The notes under the pieces are model-generated. The model was not told the DNA's origin. It did no database searches and saw only the letters and a program-made list of their open reading frames with translations. 64,000 nucleotides of DNA, taken from Polyangiales bacterium (GTDB taxonomy: Bacteria > Myxococcota_A > Polyangia > Polyangiales > Ga0077539). Shown here piece after piece: positions 19,030 through 28,624 of the stretch; position 1 is the stretch's first letter; every line of letters begins with the position of its first letter. The stretch spans positions 1-64,000 of the forward strand of contig JBGARZ010000010.1 of assembly GCA_044229975.1 (NCBI GenBank). The letters are read 5' to 3'. The translations under genes and the position numbers were made by a program.

Positions 19030-19208
19030 GGGGCTCTCCTCTCTCGACGGGCCGACGTCCCATGTCGGCCCAGCTGCGGGAGAAATAGTTCGCAGCCGCC
19101 CGCCTCGCAAGGGGACGAAGCCGACCCCGGACTCGACCGATCACCGCGCGGTGACGTCCACCACGCCGCGCTCCCGTCAGTCGTCGCGAGGGACTGCGAG
19201 CGCGTCCC

Positions 19209-19230
19209 TTGACGATACGGGCATATGCCC
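19209..19230 (+). promoter_or_regulatory. MarR operator/promoter
   Basis: TTGACG followed by the palindrome GGGCATATGCCC. Confidence 0.65.
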
Positions 19231-19243
19231 ACACTCTCCGCCC

Positions 19244-19669
19244 ATGGCCACCCCGGACACCCCGTGCAGCTGCCTGGCCCTGCGGCAGGCGTCGCGCGTC
19301 CTCACCCAGCGGTACGACGACGCGCTCGCGCCGAGCGGCCTGCGGGTCACCCAGTACTCGGTGCTCGCGCGGCTGCACCGGCTGGGCCCCTCCAGCGTGC
19401 AGCAGCTCGCCGAGGCGCTGGTCATGGACCGCTCGACGCTCGGCCACAACCTCCGCCCGCTGGAGCGCGACGGCCTCGTCGCGTTGGAGACCCACCCCAC
19501 CGACAAGCGCACGCGCCGCCTCGAGCTCACCGAGCTCGGCAAGTCGACGCTCGCCAGGGCGCGGCCCCTCTGGCGACAGGCGCAATCACAGTTCGAGGCG
19601 ACCTACGGGCGCGACGCGTCCGACCAACTGCGCAGCCTGCTGCGCCGCGTGACCGAAAGCACCCCGTGA
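19244..19669 (+). CDS. MarR-family transcriptional regulator
   Basis: CSCLALRQASRVLTQRYDDALAPSGLRVTQYSVL, MDRSTLGHNLRPLERDGLV, DKRTRRLELT. Confidence 0.92.
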   Translation: MATPDTPCSCLALRQASRVLTQRYDDALAPSGLRVTQYSVLARLHRLGPSSVQQLAEALVMDRSTLGHNLRPLERDGLVALETHPTDKRTRRLELTELGKSTLARARPLWRQAQSQFEATYGRDASDQLRSLLRRVTESTP

Positions 19670-20823
19670 AGCACCCCACCCCGACCGCCGCCCATCCGCG
19701 GCCCCGATACGGGCATATGCCCTTTTTCCTCCTCCCGCTCCTCGCCGCGTGCTCGCACCCCACGCCGCGCCCCGAGACGCCGCGCCCCGTCGCACCTCCT
19801 GCATCCCCCGCGGGGCTCGCGCTGTCGCACCGGGACGTCGTCCTCACCGACTACCGCTTCCGCAGCGGCGAGACGCTCCCCTCGCTCCGCCTCCACGTGT
19901 CCACCGCGGGGACGCCCCGCCGCGACGCCGCGGGCCGCGTCGACAACGCCGTGCTGCTGCTCCACTGGACGAGCGCGAGCTCCGAGGCGCTCCAGTCGCC
20001 CGCGTTCGTGTCCGCGCTCTACGGCCCCGGGCGCCCGCTCGACCCCGCCCGCTACTACCTGATCTTCGTCGACAACGTGGGGCACGGCCGGTCGAGCCGG
20101 CCCAGCGACGGGCTGCGCGCGCGCTTCCCCCGCTACGGCTACCGCGACATGGTCGACCTCCAGCACCGCGTCGTCCGCGAGTCCCTCGGCGTCGAGCGGT
20201 TGCACGCCATCGTGGGCCTCTCCATGGGCGGCATGCACGGCCTGCTCTGGGCCGAGAGCTACCCCGACGAGGTCCGCGGCGTGATGTCGGTGGTCGCGCT
20301 GCCCGCGCGCATCGCCGGGCGCAACCTGCTGTGGCGGCGCATCGTGAGCCGCGCCATCCGCACCGACCCGGAGTACCGCGGCGGCGACTACACGAGCCCG
20401 CCGCGCGGCTTCATCGAAGCCATGCCGCTCTTCCGCATGATGCTCGACGGCGCGCCCCACCTCGACGCGACGCTGCCCGACCGCGCGGCGGCCGACGGCT
20501 TCGTCGCGCGGGCCGTCGACGAGGCCCGGCGCCTCGACGCCAACGACCTGCTCTACTCACTCGAGTCCTCCGCCGACTACGACCCCGAGCCCGACCTCGG
20601 CCGCATCACGGCCGACGTCCTCGCCCTCAACTTCTCCGACGACGCCTTCAACCCCCCGGAGCTCGGCACGCTCGAACGCCTCATGCCGCGCATCGCCCGC
20701 GGCCGCTTCGTCATGCAGCCCGGGACGCCCGCCTCCTTCGGGCACTTCACGCAGGCCCACCCAGAGCTCTGGGCGGAGCACGTCGGGACCTTCCTGCGCG
20801 GGCTCGAGGCGCAGCGACCGTGA
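19666..20823 (+). CDS. alpha/beta hydrolase, homoserine O-acetyltransferase-like, probable lipoprotein
   Basis: NAVLLLHWT, DNVGHGRSS, GLSMGG nucleophile elbow, GHFT; LLAAC lipobox; alternative start at 19717. Confidence 0.8.
   Translation: MKHPTPTAAHPRPRYGHMPFFLLPLLAACSHPTPRPETPRPVAPPASPAGLALSHRDVVLTDYRFRSGETLPSLRLHVSTAGTPRRDAAGRVDNAVLLLHWTSASSEALQSPAFVSALYGPGRPLDPARYYLIFVDNVGHGRSSRPSDGLRARFPRYGYRDMVDLQHRVVRESLGVERLHAIVGLSMGGMHGLLWAESYPDEVRGVMSVVALPARIAGRNLLWRRIVSRAIRTDPEYRGGDYTSPPRGFIEAMPLFRMMLDGAPHLDATLPDRAAADGFVARAVDEARRLDANDLLYSLESSADYDPEPDLGRITADVLALNFSDDAFNPPELGTLERLMPRIARGRFVMQPGTPASFGHFTQAHPELWAEHVGTFLRGLEAQRP
19705..19722. promoter_or_regulatory. second copy of the MarR operator
   Basis: CGATACGGGCATATGCCC, identical to 19213-19230. 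Confidence 0.6.
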
Positions 20824-22187
20824 GCGCACGACCGGGCGCGGTCCTCGCGGTGCTCTCGCTCGCGGCCTTCATGGCGAGCCTCGACCTGTTCATCGTGAAC
20901 GTGGCCTTCGACGAGATCGGCCGCGACTTCCGCGGCGCCTCCCTCTCCGACCTGAGCTGGGTGCTCAACAGCTATGCCATCGCGTACGCGGCGCTGCTCG
21001 TCCCGCTGGGCCGCCTCTCCGACCGCTTCGGCCGCAAGGCGGGCTTCCTCCTCGGGGTCGCCGTCTTCACCGCCGCCAGCGCGGCCTGCGCCGCGAGCAC
21101 GAGCCTCTGGGCGCTGGTGGCGTTCCGCGCGGTGAAGGCCGCGGGCGCCGCGCTGCTCACGCCCACCAGCCTGGCGCTGCTCCTCGACGCGACGCCCGCC
21201 CCCGACCGCGCGCGGGCCGTGCGCGTGTGGGCGGTCACGGGCTCGCTCGCGGCCGCCGCGGGGCCGGTCCTCGGCGGGCTCCTGGCCGCGATCTCGTGGC
21301 GCTGGGTCTTCCTGGTCAATGTCCCGGTCGGACTCGCCGCGCTCGCCGGGGCCGCCCTCCTCGTCGCACCGTCGCGTGACGACGCCCGCGGCGACCTCCC
21401 CGACCTGCCCGGCGCCGCGCTCCTGGCGCTCTCGGTCGGGTCTCTCGCCCACGGCCTCGTGCGCGCCCCCGATCACGGCTGGGCGAGCCCCGGCGTCGTC
21501 ATCGCCCTCGCGGTCTTCGTCGCGGCCGCCGCGCTCTTCTGGCGCCGGTCGCGGCGTCACCCGGTCCCGGTCGTCGAGCCCGCGATGCTGGCCGTGCGCT
21601 CCTTCGCGTGGGCCAACGCCACGGCGCTGCTGTTCAACCTCGCCTTCGCCGCGAACCTGCTCGCCCTCGTGCTGTGGCTCCAACGCGCCTGGCACTTCCC
21701 CTCGCTCCGCACCGGGCTCGCCGTCGCCCCCGGCCCGCTCGCCGTCCCGGTCTTCGCCGCCGTCGCGCAGGCCGCCTCCCGCCGCGGCGCACCCGCCGGC
21801 CTCCTCGCCGCCGCGGGCTGCGTGGTGTGCGCCCTCGGCACCGCGCTCGTGCTCGGCAGCGTCGCCGAAGCCCCCGCCTACGCCACGGACGTGCTCCCCG
21901 GCTGGCTCATCGGGGGCGCCGGCGTCGGGCTCGCCATGCCGACCATCCTCTCGGCGGCCACCGTCGACCTCCCGCGCGATCGCTCCGCCACCGGCAGCGC
22001 CGTCGTCAACATGAGTCGGCAGGTCGGCGCGGTGCTCGGGGTCGGACTGCTCGTCGCGGTCCTGGGCGACCCGCAGGGCTTCGCCGACACCCGGCGGGCC
22101 TTCCAACGCGTCTGGATCGGCGTGGCGCTGGCCTTCGTGGCAGCGGCGGCCTGCGCCCGGCGCATGCGTCCGGCGAGCGAGGGGTGA
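20820..22187 (+). CDS. MFS drug efflux transporter (DHA2-like)
   Basis: FMASLDLFIVNVA, GRLSDRFGRK, WRWVFLVNVPVG, many TM segments. Confidence 0.9.
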   Translation: MSARPGAVLAVLSLAAFMASLDLFIVNVAFDEIGRDFRGASLSDLSWVLNSYAIAYAALLVPLGRLSDRFGRKAGFLLGVAVFTAASAACAASTSLWALVAFRAVKAAGAALLTPTSLALLLDATPAPDRARAVRVWAVTGSLAAAAGPVLGGLLAAISWRWVFLVNVPVGLAALAGAALLVAPSRDDARGDLPDLPGAALLALSVGSLAHGLVRAPDHGWASPGVVIALAVFVAAAALFWRRSRRHPVPVVEPAMLAVRSFAWANATALLFNLAFAANLLALVLWLQRAWHFPSLRTGLAVAPGPLAVPVFAAVAQAASRRGAPAGLLAAAGCVVCALGTALVLGSVAEAPAYATDVLPGWLIGGAGVGLAMPTILSAATVDLPRDRSATGSAVVNMSRQVGAVLGVGLLVAVLGDPQGFADTRRAFQRVWIGVALAFVAAAACARRMRPASEG

Positions 22188-22550
22188 GTTCACGGGACGG
22201 AGACCGCGGTGGGGGCGTTGTGCAGCAGGTCGGTGCGCGAGATGCCGGGGTGCGCGGCGACGCTCGCGCTGCACCACCCGCTCGAACGCGAAGGCGGGGA
22301 CGTGGTGGCACTCGTCGATGAGCATGTGACCGTATTGAGCGACGCGGTCGTCGACCACGGCGCCGCGCACGAGGACCTGCATCATCGCCACGTCGAGCCG
22401 CCCATTGAGGCGGTGGTGGCCGCCGCCGAGGGTGCCGACCTCTGCCGGGTCGAGCCCGAGAAAGCGAGCGAGCTGCGTCACCCATTGCTCCACGAGCAGC
22501 CTGCGATGAACCAGCACCCGCGCACTGCGGGCACGCGCGGCGATGAGTCC
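22184..22550 (-). pseudogene. fragment of an SF2 DExH helicase (type III restriction Res-like)
   Basis: VLVHRRLLVEQW...LIDECHHVPAFAFE; Walker A and C-terminal motifs are missing. Confidence 0.7.
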
Positions 22551-22679
22551 GTTCTTGGCGGGAGACGCTCACGCTCCGCGCGATGGCGAAGTTGGCCACC
22601 TTCGAGACCACCAGCGCCCCACGGCGGCGACGAGGTGCAGCACCTCAAGCCAGCGAGGTTCGAGCGCGGCCTCGTGAGG

Positions 22680-23162
22680 CTACGCGGCCCGAGCCACGAC
22701 CCTCGCCGTCAGTCGTCGGAGCGCCACGGCCCACCGCGGGACGTGCCGCGCCTGCGGGTGTCGCCGGTACGCGCGCCGCGGAACCGCGAGCGCCAGGGTC
22801 AGCGCCCACACGTCCGCGTGACTGTGCAGCGGACACCCCGCGTCGAGCAGCGCGTGGGCGAGCTCGTGCAGCACCCGGAGGTTCCACCGCTGGTCGTCGG
22901 CGCTCGCGCGCACCAACAGCACACCGGGCAACAATCCGCCGACGCCGCAGCCGACGTCCGGCCGCGAGATCACCAGGTACCCGAGGCGCGCGGCGAGCAG
23001 CAGTCCGGAGCCCACCGCGAACCCATCCACGAGGTCGGCCCGCTCGTGCGCGTCGTTGGCCATCCCTTCAAGGACGGCGACGTCGACCAGCCACGGGCGC
23101 TCCAGGATGGCGTGCACCTCGGCATAGGCCGGAGACGATGGATGACGACGTCGCAGTGACAC
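22680..23162 (-). CDS. ImmA/IrrE-like HExxH metallopeptidase
   Basis: RWNLRVLHELAHALL; lies downstream of an XRE repressor. Confidence 0.6.
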   Translation of the reverse strand: MSLRRRHPSSPAYAEVHAILERPWLVDVAVLEGMANDAHERADLVDGFAVGSGLLLAARLGYLVISRPDVGCGVGGLLPGVLLVRASADDQRWNLRVLHELAHALLDAGCPLHSHADVWALTLALAVPRRAYRRHPQARHVPRWAVALRRLTARVVARAA

Positions 23163-23300
23163 TCCAACACCATAACGGCTGTCGGGGCGATCGGCGCTCC
23201 ACAGCCCCCCCGCGCGCCTCGCAGCGACTCTCCAGATACCCAGCGCACATCGCGAAGGACGCTGTCAGGCAATGTCCGCGCGGTGGCGCTCCCCCGACCG

Positions 23301-23903
23301 TCAGCCTCGTGCGCCCCGCTTCGCTGGCCTCTTCGCGGTCGGCGCCTTCTTCGTCGACGACCCGCGCGCCATCTGTGCTTCGAGCTCCATCACCCTCGCC
23401 GTCTGCGCCGCGAGCGCGGCCTCCACCCGGGCGGGATCGGCGAGCTCTTCCGCGACCCGCGCGAGCTTGATGATGTCTTCCGGAGTGACGATGCCCCGCA
23501 GGATGTACCGCGAGCTGCCCGCCACGGCCTCCCAGGCGTGCGCGCGGATCTTCGGCTCGCGCCGGCGCGCCTCGGCCAGCGCGTCTTCGAAGCCGATGGA
23601 GTTGCCCAGGTGCGGGCGCACGCTCTCGTTGAGCGACGGACCCCGCGCCGCGTCGTCGTCCGTCGGGGCGCCTTCGCCCAGCAGCAGCCAGCGCTCGGAC
23701 ACCTCGGCGCCCTGCGCGATGCGCTTGAGCGTCGCGCGCTCGACCGCCCCCTCGTCGCGGTCGAGGTTGCGCAGGATGCCGTTGAGCTGCGACGGCGTCG
23801 CGAAGCCCGCCCGACGAGCCAGCTCTCGCTCGCTCCATCCGCGGTCGCGGAGAATCTGTCGGATGCGGTCTGCGACGCGTGCCACGGGGACCACCCTACC
23901 CAT
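23301..23903 (-). CDS. XRE/CI-like HTH repressor
   Basis: ADRIRQILRDRGWSERELARRAG...LKRIAQGAEVSERWLLLGEG. Confidence 0.8.
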   Translation of the reverse strand: MGRVVPVARVADRIRQILRDRGWSERELARRAGFATPSQLNGILRNLDRDEGAVERATLKRIAQGAEVSERWLLLGEGAPTDDDAARGPSLNESVRPHLGNSIGFEDALAEARRREPKIRAHAWEAVAGSSRYILRGIVTPEDIIKLARVAEELADPARVEAALAAQTARVMELEAQMARGSSTKKAPTAKRPAKRGARG

Positions 23904-24138
23904 GTCACTCGGGGATGACAAGGGACGGCCAGAAATCCTTGACTGGCGGAGAGGGCCGAGATCAACCCCGGGTCGAGCAGCGTGACGGCGGTTCCGCCGT
24001 ACCGATGACGCGTCACGCAGCTCACCACGCGCCCCTTCGTCACCGGATTGATCGAGCCCAGAACTCTACCTGTCGGCATGGGACGCCTCCTCTGATGGGC
24101 TGACACTATCAATGACACTTTCGACTGTCAAGAGTGTC
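23903..24138. promoter_or_regulatory. TGACA/TGTCA operator array in the divergent control region
   Basis: TGTCA-N8-TGACA at 23903-23920; TGACACT at 24101 and 24113; TGACA-N8-TGTCA at 24113-24130. Confidence 0.5.
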
Positions 24139-24220
24139 GTCGGGTCGGAGGTCGGTCGCAGCGGGTCGGGCGGTTGTCAGCCCCCGGGAGCTCGCGTAGA
24201 GAGCGGCCGAGAGCGCCGCC

Positions 24221-24736
24221 ATGAAGCCCCGCACACCGTGTTGTCTGGTCCCGTCCAACCGCTGCGGCACCCGCTGGGAGGTGCTGATGAAGTGGGTCAC
24301 CCGCAACACCGGGAAGGGCGTTCGCATCGTCGAGCTGAAGGGCGATGAGCAGGGGAAGGCGCCGTTCTTCGCGCAGCCGGTGGGCTTCGACGGGCGGTCG
24401 TTCTTCGTGGCGGGCGATCGCGGGTGCGACACGGAGAAGCTGCTGCACGAGGCGTGTCACTTCCTCGTCGCCCCGCCCGAGCGCCGCAACATGCCCAACT
24501 ACGGCCTCGGGCCCGGGCCGTTTCGCCCGGTGGATGACCTCGTGAGTGACAACGAAGAGGTCACCGTCGGCATGGTGCAGGGGAAGCTCGCGCCGGTGTT
24601 CGGCCTACCCGAGCACAAGCTCGCGAAGCTCGATTACAACGTGGCCAACAAGCGGCACCTCGACTGGTTTGCGTGCGAGGTGCGCGCCGACGAGGTCTAC
24701 GCGCGCATCGTCTCCACGCTGCCGTCGGGCGCGTAG
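24221..24736 (+). CDS. HExxH protein resembling the EpmC/YfcM family
   Basis: LLHEACHFLVAPPERRNMPNYGL...NEE; start may be 24287. Confidence 0.55.
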   Translation: MKPRTPCCLVPSNRCGTRWEVLMKWVTRNTGKGVRIVELKGDEQGKAPFFAQPVGFDGRSFFVAGDRGCDTEKLLHEACHFLVAPPERRNMPNYGLGPGPFRPVDDLVSDNEEVTVGMVQGKLAPVFGLPEHKLAKLDYNVANKRHLDWFACEVRADEVYARIVSTLPSGA

Positions 24737-25161
24737 GCGCGCAGCGAACGAACGCTCAGCCACGCGAAGCACAGCATCACGACGACGTCGATGATCGGCG
24801 GGATGAGCGTCGCCGAACCCCGGTACAGGTGGTTGCCGAGCGCGGAGTCGGACGTGCGGACGTCGAGGTACGCGTAGTGCGCGAGCACGAGCACCAGGGT
24901 GCGTGAGACGACCCGCTGCCCGCGGCTGTGCTCGACGAAGCGGCCGAGGAGGAAGATGAGGAGGCCGATGACGTTCATGTGGACGAACGTGAAGTGGAAG
25001 TAGTCGGCGTAGTGGGGTGAGCGGAGGATCGCCTCGGGGACGCCGAAGGGGCGCATCGCCGTCTCGACGCCGCGCAAGAGCATGGAGCCGCTGAGCAGCG
25101 CGAAGAGCACGCCCACGACGGAGCAGACGGCCTTGAACCCGGGGACGTACGTGTTGGGCAT
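24697..25161 (-). CDS. hypothetical membrane protein
   Basis: 154 aa with about 4 hydrophobic segments. Confidence 0.7.
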   Translation of the reverse strand: MPNTYVPGFKAVCSVVGVLFALLSGSMLLRGVETAMRPFGVPEAILRSPHYADYFHFTFVHMNVIGLLIFLLGRFVEHSRGQRVVSRTLVLVLAHYAYLDVRTSDSALGNHLYRGSATLIPPIIDVVVMLCFAWLSVRSLRAYAPDGSVETMRA

Positions 25162-25214
25162 CGCGCCACCATTGGTAGCGGCGGCTATCCCGTAGCGGCA
25201 ATGGGCGGTGGGGA

Positions 25215-25904
25215 CTACCGGCGTAGCTCGCGCGCCGCGCCCGCTTCGCCGACGAGCACGAGGTCGGCCAGGTCGAGGAAGAGCCCGGTGTCGACCACGC
25301 CGGGCAGACGGCGCACCTGGGCGTCGAAGGCCGTGGGGTCGTCGAGGGGGTCGACGGCGACGTCGATGATCCAGTGCTGGTTGTCGGTGACAAAGGGCGC
25401 GCCCGCGGCGGTGCGGCGCAGGGTCGGTCGAGTGCCGAGGGCCACGAGGTGGCGGCTCACCGACCGGCTCGCGAAGGGAACCACCTCCACCGGGATGGCC
25501 GCGCGCGTGGCAAGGCGGTCGACGAGCTTCTCGGGCGTGACGAGGACGACGAAGCGCTCGGCCTCGTAGGCGACCACCCGCTCGCGGAGCAGCGCCCCGC
25601 CGAGGCCCTTGGTGAGCGCGAGCGAGGGTGTCACCTCGTCGGCGCCGTCGAAGGCCACGTCGATGCGGTCGACGTCGGCGAGGGACACCACGTCGAGGTT
25701 GAGCCGGCGCGCGAGCTGGTCGGAGCGCTCGGAGGTGGCCACGGCGCGCACCCGCGTGCCTGATCGGGCGCGCGTGGCGAGCGCCTGGATGAAGGCTTCG
25801 GCGGCGCGTCCGGTACCGAGCCCGAGGGTCATGCCGTCGGCCACCATGGTGAGCGCGCGGCGGGCGACGGCGTCGAGGTCGCGGGGATCAGGAACGGTAG
25901 TCAT
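25215..25904 (-). CDS. rpiA: ribose-5-phosphate isomerase A
   Basis: GLGTG, DGADEV, KGLGGALLRER, PVEVVP, TDN, PGVVDTGLF. Confidence 0.95.
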   Translation of the reverse strand: MTTVPDPRDLDAVARRALTMVADGMTLGLGTGRAAEAFIQALATRARSGTRVRAVATSERSDQLARRLNLDVVSLADVDRIDVAFDGADEVTPSLALTKGLGGALLRERVVAYEAERFVVLVTPEKLVDRLATRAAIPVEVVPFASRSVSRHLVALGTRPTLRRTAAGAPFVTDNQHWIIDVAVDPLDDPTAFDAQVRRLPGVVDTGLFLDLADLVLVGEAGAARELRR

Positions 25905-25918
25905 CGCGAGCGCGAAGA

Positions 25919-26938
25919 CTACAACCGCGCGGGCACCGTGACGGCGGCTTCGGACGCGATGCGCTCATCGACGCGCAGCACGTGCGGCTGGTCGTCGGGC
26001 GTCGAGGCGCCGGGGGTTCCGGCCACCACGAGGGTCCAGCGGAGGGCGGCGGACAGGTCGATGATGCGGACGTTGCTGGCGATGCGGGTGGAGCCCTGGC
26101 GCACGATGAAGTTGCGGGGGGCACTCGTGGTCGCGACGAAGGTGTAGCCCGCGGCGTCGGTGTCGGCGCGCCGCGCGAGCTCGCCCGCGGCGACGTCGGG
26201 CCAGCGCTCCACCGGGCTCTCGGGTGGCGCGTCGAGCGAGAGGTTCACCGCTGACGGGAGCGCGTTGACGAGGCGCAGCGCCACCCGCGGATCGTCCGCG
26301 CCAGGGTCGAGCGCGAGCGCGGAGAGCGGCGCGGAGCCGTGGACGACCAACGTGTAGGTCGAGGCCGCGGCGAAGGTGAACGAGGCCGTGTGCAGGGGTG
26401 TCGCGACGTCGCAGGGCTGACCGGCCGCGACGACAATCACGCGGTAGGCGCCGGGCTCGCCGATGGGCAGCGGCGTGGATCGCCACCCGCGCTCGATGCC
26501 GATGGCGCGGCCCGCGTGGGCGACGAGCGGTTCGGCGGGCGAGGCGCTGCCGTCGCGGACGAAGCAGGCGTCGAGGCCACCCCCGCGGGTGCTGGCGTTG
26601 AGGATGCGAACCCTCGCGAGCGGCACCGCGGGCGCGTCGGGGGCCACCACGTCGACGCGCACCACGTCGACGGTCGCCGGGCGGTCGGCGGTGCCTGCGT
26701 CGGGCGTCATCGCGCAGCGCGCCCGCGTGGCCTCGCGCCCATCGGGAAACTGGTTGCGCGCGCGGCAGACGGTGTCGAGCGCGTCCCAGCCGCAGGTGGT
26801 GTTGGACTGGCACTCGCCGCACGGAAGACCCCAGCACGGCGACAGGTCGGAGGTCTCCTTGTCCTCCCAGCGGATGCACCGCGGGAGCAGCGCGACGGCG
26901 AGCGCTGGGAGCACCCAGGCGAGTCTCACTGGCTGCAT
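25919..26938 (-). CDS. secreted protein or lipoprotein with Cys-rich N-terminus and DUF4397-like domain
   Basis: signal peptide, Cys cluster, ARVRILNAS...LDAC...YTLVVHG, LRLVNALP. Confidence 0.65.
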   Translation of the reverse strand: MQPVRLAWVLPALAVALLPRCIRWEDKETSDLSPCWGLPCGECQSNTTCGWDALDTVCRARNQFPDGREATRARCAMTPDAGTADRPATVDVVRVDVVAPDAPAVPLARVRILNASTRGGGLDACFVRDGSASPAEPLVAHAGRAIGIERGWRSTPLPIGEPGAYRVIVVAAGQPCDVATPLHTASFTFAAASTYTLVVHGSAPLSALALDPGADDPRVALRLVNALPSAVNLSLDAPPESPVERWPDVAAGELARRADTDAAGYTFVATTSAPRNFIVRQGSTRIASNVRIIDLSAALRWTLVVAGTPGASTPDDQPHVLRVDERIASEAAVTVPARL

Positions 26939-27759
26939 CGCGTACCTCCGGCGGAGCGGCACTGGAGCTCGTTGACGGTGCGCTCCATGTGCTGTCGCTG
27001 TCGCTCCCACGACTGCTGGTCGGACGAGGGCTGGTTCGCGCGCTGGGCTTCCCAGGTAGAGAGTTGTTCGCGTTGGCGGTCGAGCTCGGCCTCCTCCGCC
27101 GGCGACAGGTTGCGGCGAAACAGGTTGCTCAGGTCGATGCCCTCCCGCGTGATGGGGACGGCGATGGTGACGCGCACGTCGGCGCCAAACGCGTAGAGGT
27201 CTTCGAGGCCGTCGTTGCCCGTGGAGAAGAACATCCCCGGCGTCACGCCGACGCCGACGGACATGAAGTTGAGCGGCGCGTTGCCGACGAGGAAGTCGAC
27301 CGAGGGCGACAGGTAGACGTGGTGGATGCCGTAGTCGCGGGCCTCGACGTTGCCGTCAGGGTGCTCGACGAAGCGAGAGCCGGAGCCGGTGGTTCCGCCC
27401 GCGCCGAGACGGAACGCGACGCGTCGGCCGTACTCGTTGGGGCCGACGAAGGGGAGCGCGAGGTCGGCGTGGACGTGCAGCGGGCCGGTGAGCGCGGTCT
27501 GCGTGCGGCGACCGATCTGGGCGGTGAGGCTCTGGGTTCCGAGGCCGGCGCCCGCGCGCATGGTGAGCGGGTCGTACATGACACCAGCCGCGATGCCGAA
27601 GGAGGGCGAGAGCTGGGTGCCTGCGGAGGGGGTTCCGGTCGCGTGGCCGCCGTGGACTGAATAGAGGCCACCGGAGAGTTGCAGGTAGCAGGACGGAACC
27701 GCGCAGGAGAGCAGCGCGGCCAGCAGCGGGCGGAGCGGGCGCATCGTGGGCGGTTTCAT
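26926..27759 (-). CDS. hypothetical lipoprotein with beta-strand-rich core
   Basis: basic N-region, hydrophobic stretch and Cys; alternating beta pattern. Confidence 0.6.
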   Translation of the reverse strand: MKPPTMRPLRPLLAALLSCAVPSCYLQLSGGLYSVHGGHATGTPSAGTQLSPSFGIAAGVMYDPLTMRAGAGLGTQSLTAQIGRRTQTALTGPLHVHADLALPFVGPNEYGRRVAFRLGAGGTTGSGSRFVEHPDGNVEARDYGIHHVYLSPSVDFLVGNAPLNFMSVGVGVTPGMFFSTGNDGLEDLYAFGADVRVTIAVPITREGIDLSNLFRRNLSPAEEAELDRQREQLSTWEAQRANQPSSDQQSWERQRQHMERTVNELQCRSAGGTRCSQ

Positions 27760-27816
27760 GGTCGGGGTTGACTAGAAGCTACGCACCATCATTGGGTGAT
27801 CTTCGGGGGCGACGGG

Positions 27817-28608
27817 TCAGGTCGGGTCGCCCGCGATGAAGTACCAGTGGAAGGGGCGATCGCTGTCGAGCACGGCGCGCGTCTCGCGCTCGATGGCCCG
27901 GAGGTCCACCACCTCCTCGCGTGACGACGGCGCGACGGCCAGCGGAACCCGCGCGTGAACCCCGCCCATCGACACGCCCACGATGCGGACGGCGTCGTCG
28001 CTGTTGACGGTGCGCGTCCAGGTCTGCACGCGGCCCTCGCGGTAGACCGATCCCGCGCGCCAGAAGCTCATTCCGTACACGACCTCGCCCGCGCGGCCGT
28101 CGTCGGTCAGCAGCATGAAGGCGCTGTCCGTCGAGTCGTCGAGATGCTCCGCGCCGGGGAGCGATCGCAGGTTGATGCGCGTGGCGCCCAGCGTCGTCCA
28201 CGCTTCGGTCGCCGACAGCGCATCGAGGAAGTCGTCGACGCAGTCGCCGTCCCACAGCTCATCGTCGTAGTTGCCCACCGGGCCGCCCGTCGAGCGCTCG
28301 TAGGTCACCACGTCGTGGGCGCTGGCGAGGGGAGCGCCCGGTTCGATGGCGAAGGCGTGCTCGCGCGCGACGGGAGTGCGCGTCGAGAGGAAGCCAGCGA
28401 CGACCACGTCCTGCCCAGACACCGGGAACACGCCCCACGTCCCCGGCTGTCGTGAGCCGCGGGTCTTCGCGATGTCCTGGAGGGCGAAGGTCGCGGGCGA
28501 GAGGATGCCGTCGGGGCGTTGCGTGACGCGGAAGGCGGAGCCGTGCACCACGCGCGCGGCGGGGGTCGGCGGGGTTGGCGCAGCGTGGCGCTTCGTGGCT
28601 CTGGGCAT
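27817..28608 (-). CDS. hypothetical protein
   Basis: 263-aa ORF with normal globular composition. Confidence 0.6.
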   Translation of the reverse strand: MPRATKRHAAPTPPTPAARVVHGSAFRVTQRPDGILSPATFALQDIAKTRGSRQPGTWGVFPVSGQDVVVAGFLSTRTPVAREHAFAIEPGAPLASAHDVVTYERSTGGPVGNYDDELWDGDCVDDFLDALSATEAWTTLGATRINLRSLPGAEHLDDSTDSAFMLLTDDGRAGEVVYGMSFWRAGSVYREGRVQTWTRTVNSDDAVRIVGVSMGGVHARVPLAVAPSSREEVVDLRAIERETRAVLDSDRPFHWYFIAGDPT

Positions 28609-28624
28609 CGGTGGTGGACGGTGG

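Noticed and set aside
22865..22876. TCGTGCAG half-sites here and at 36421
   Set aside because: Inside coding sequence with no second arm; likely chance matches
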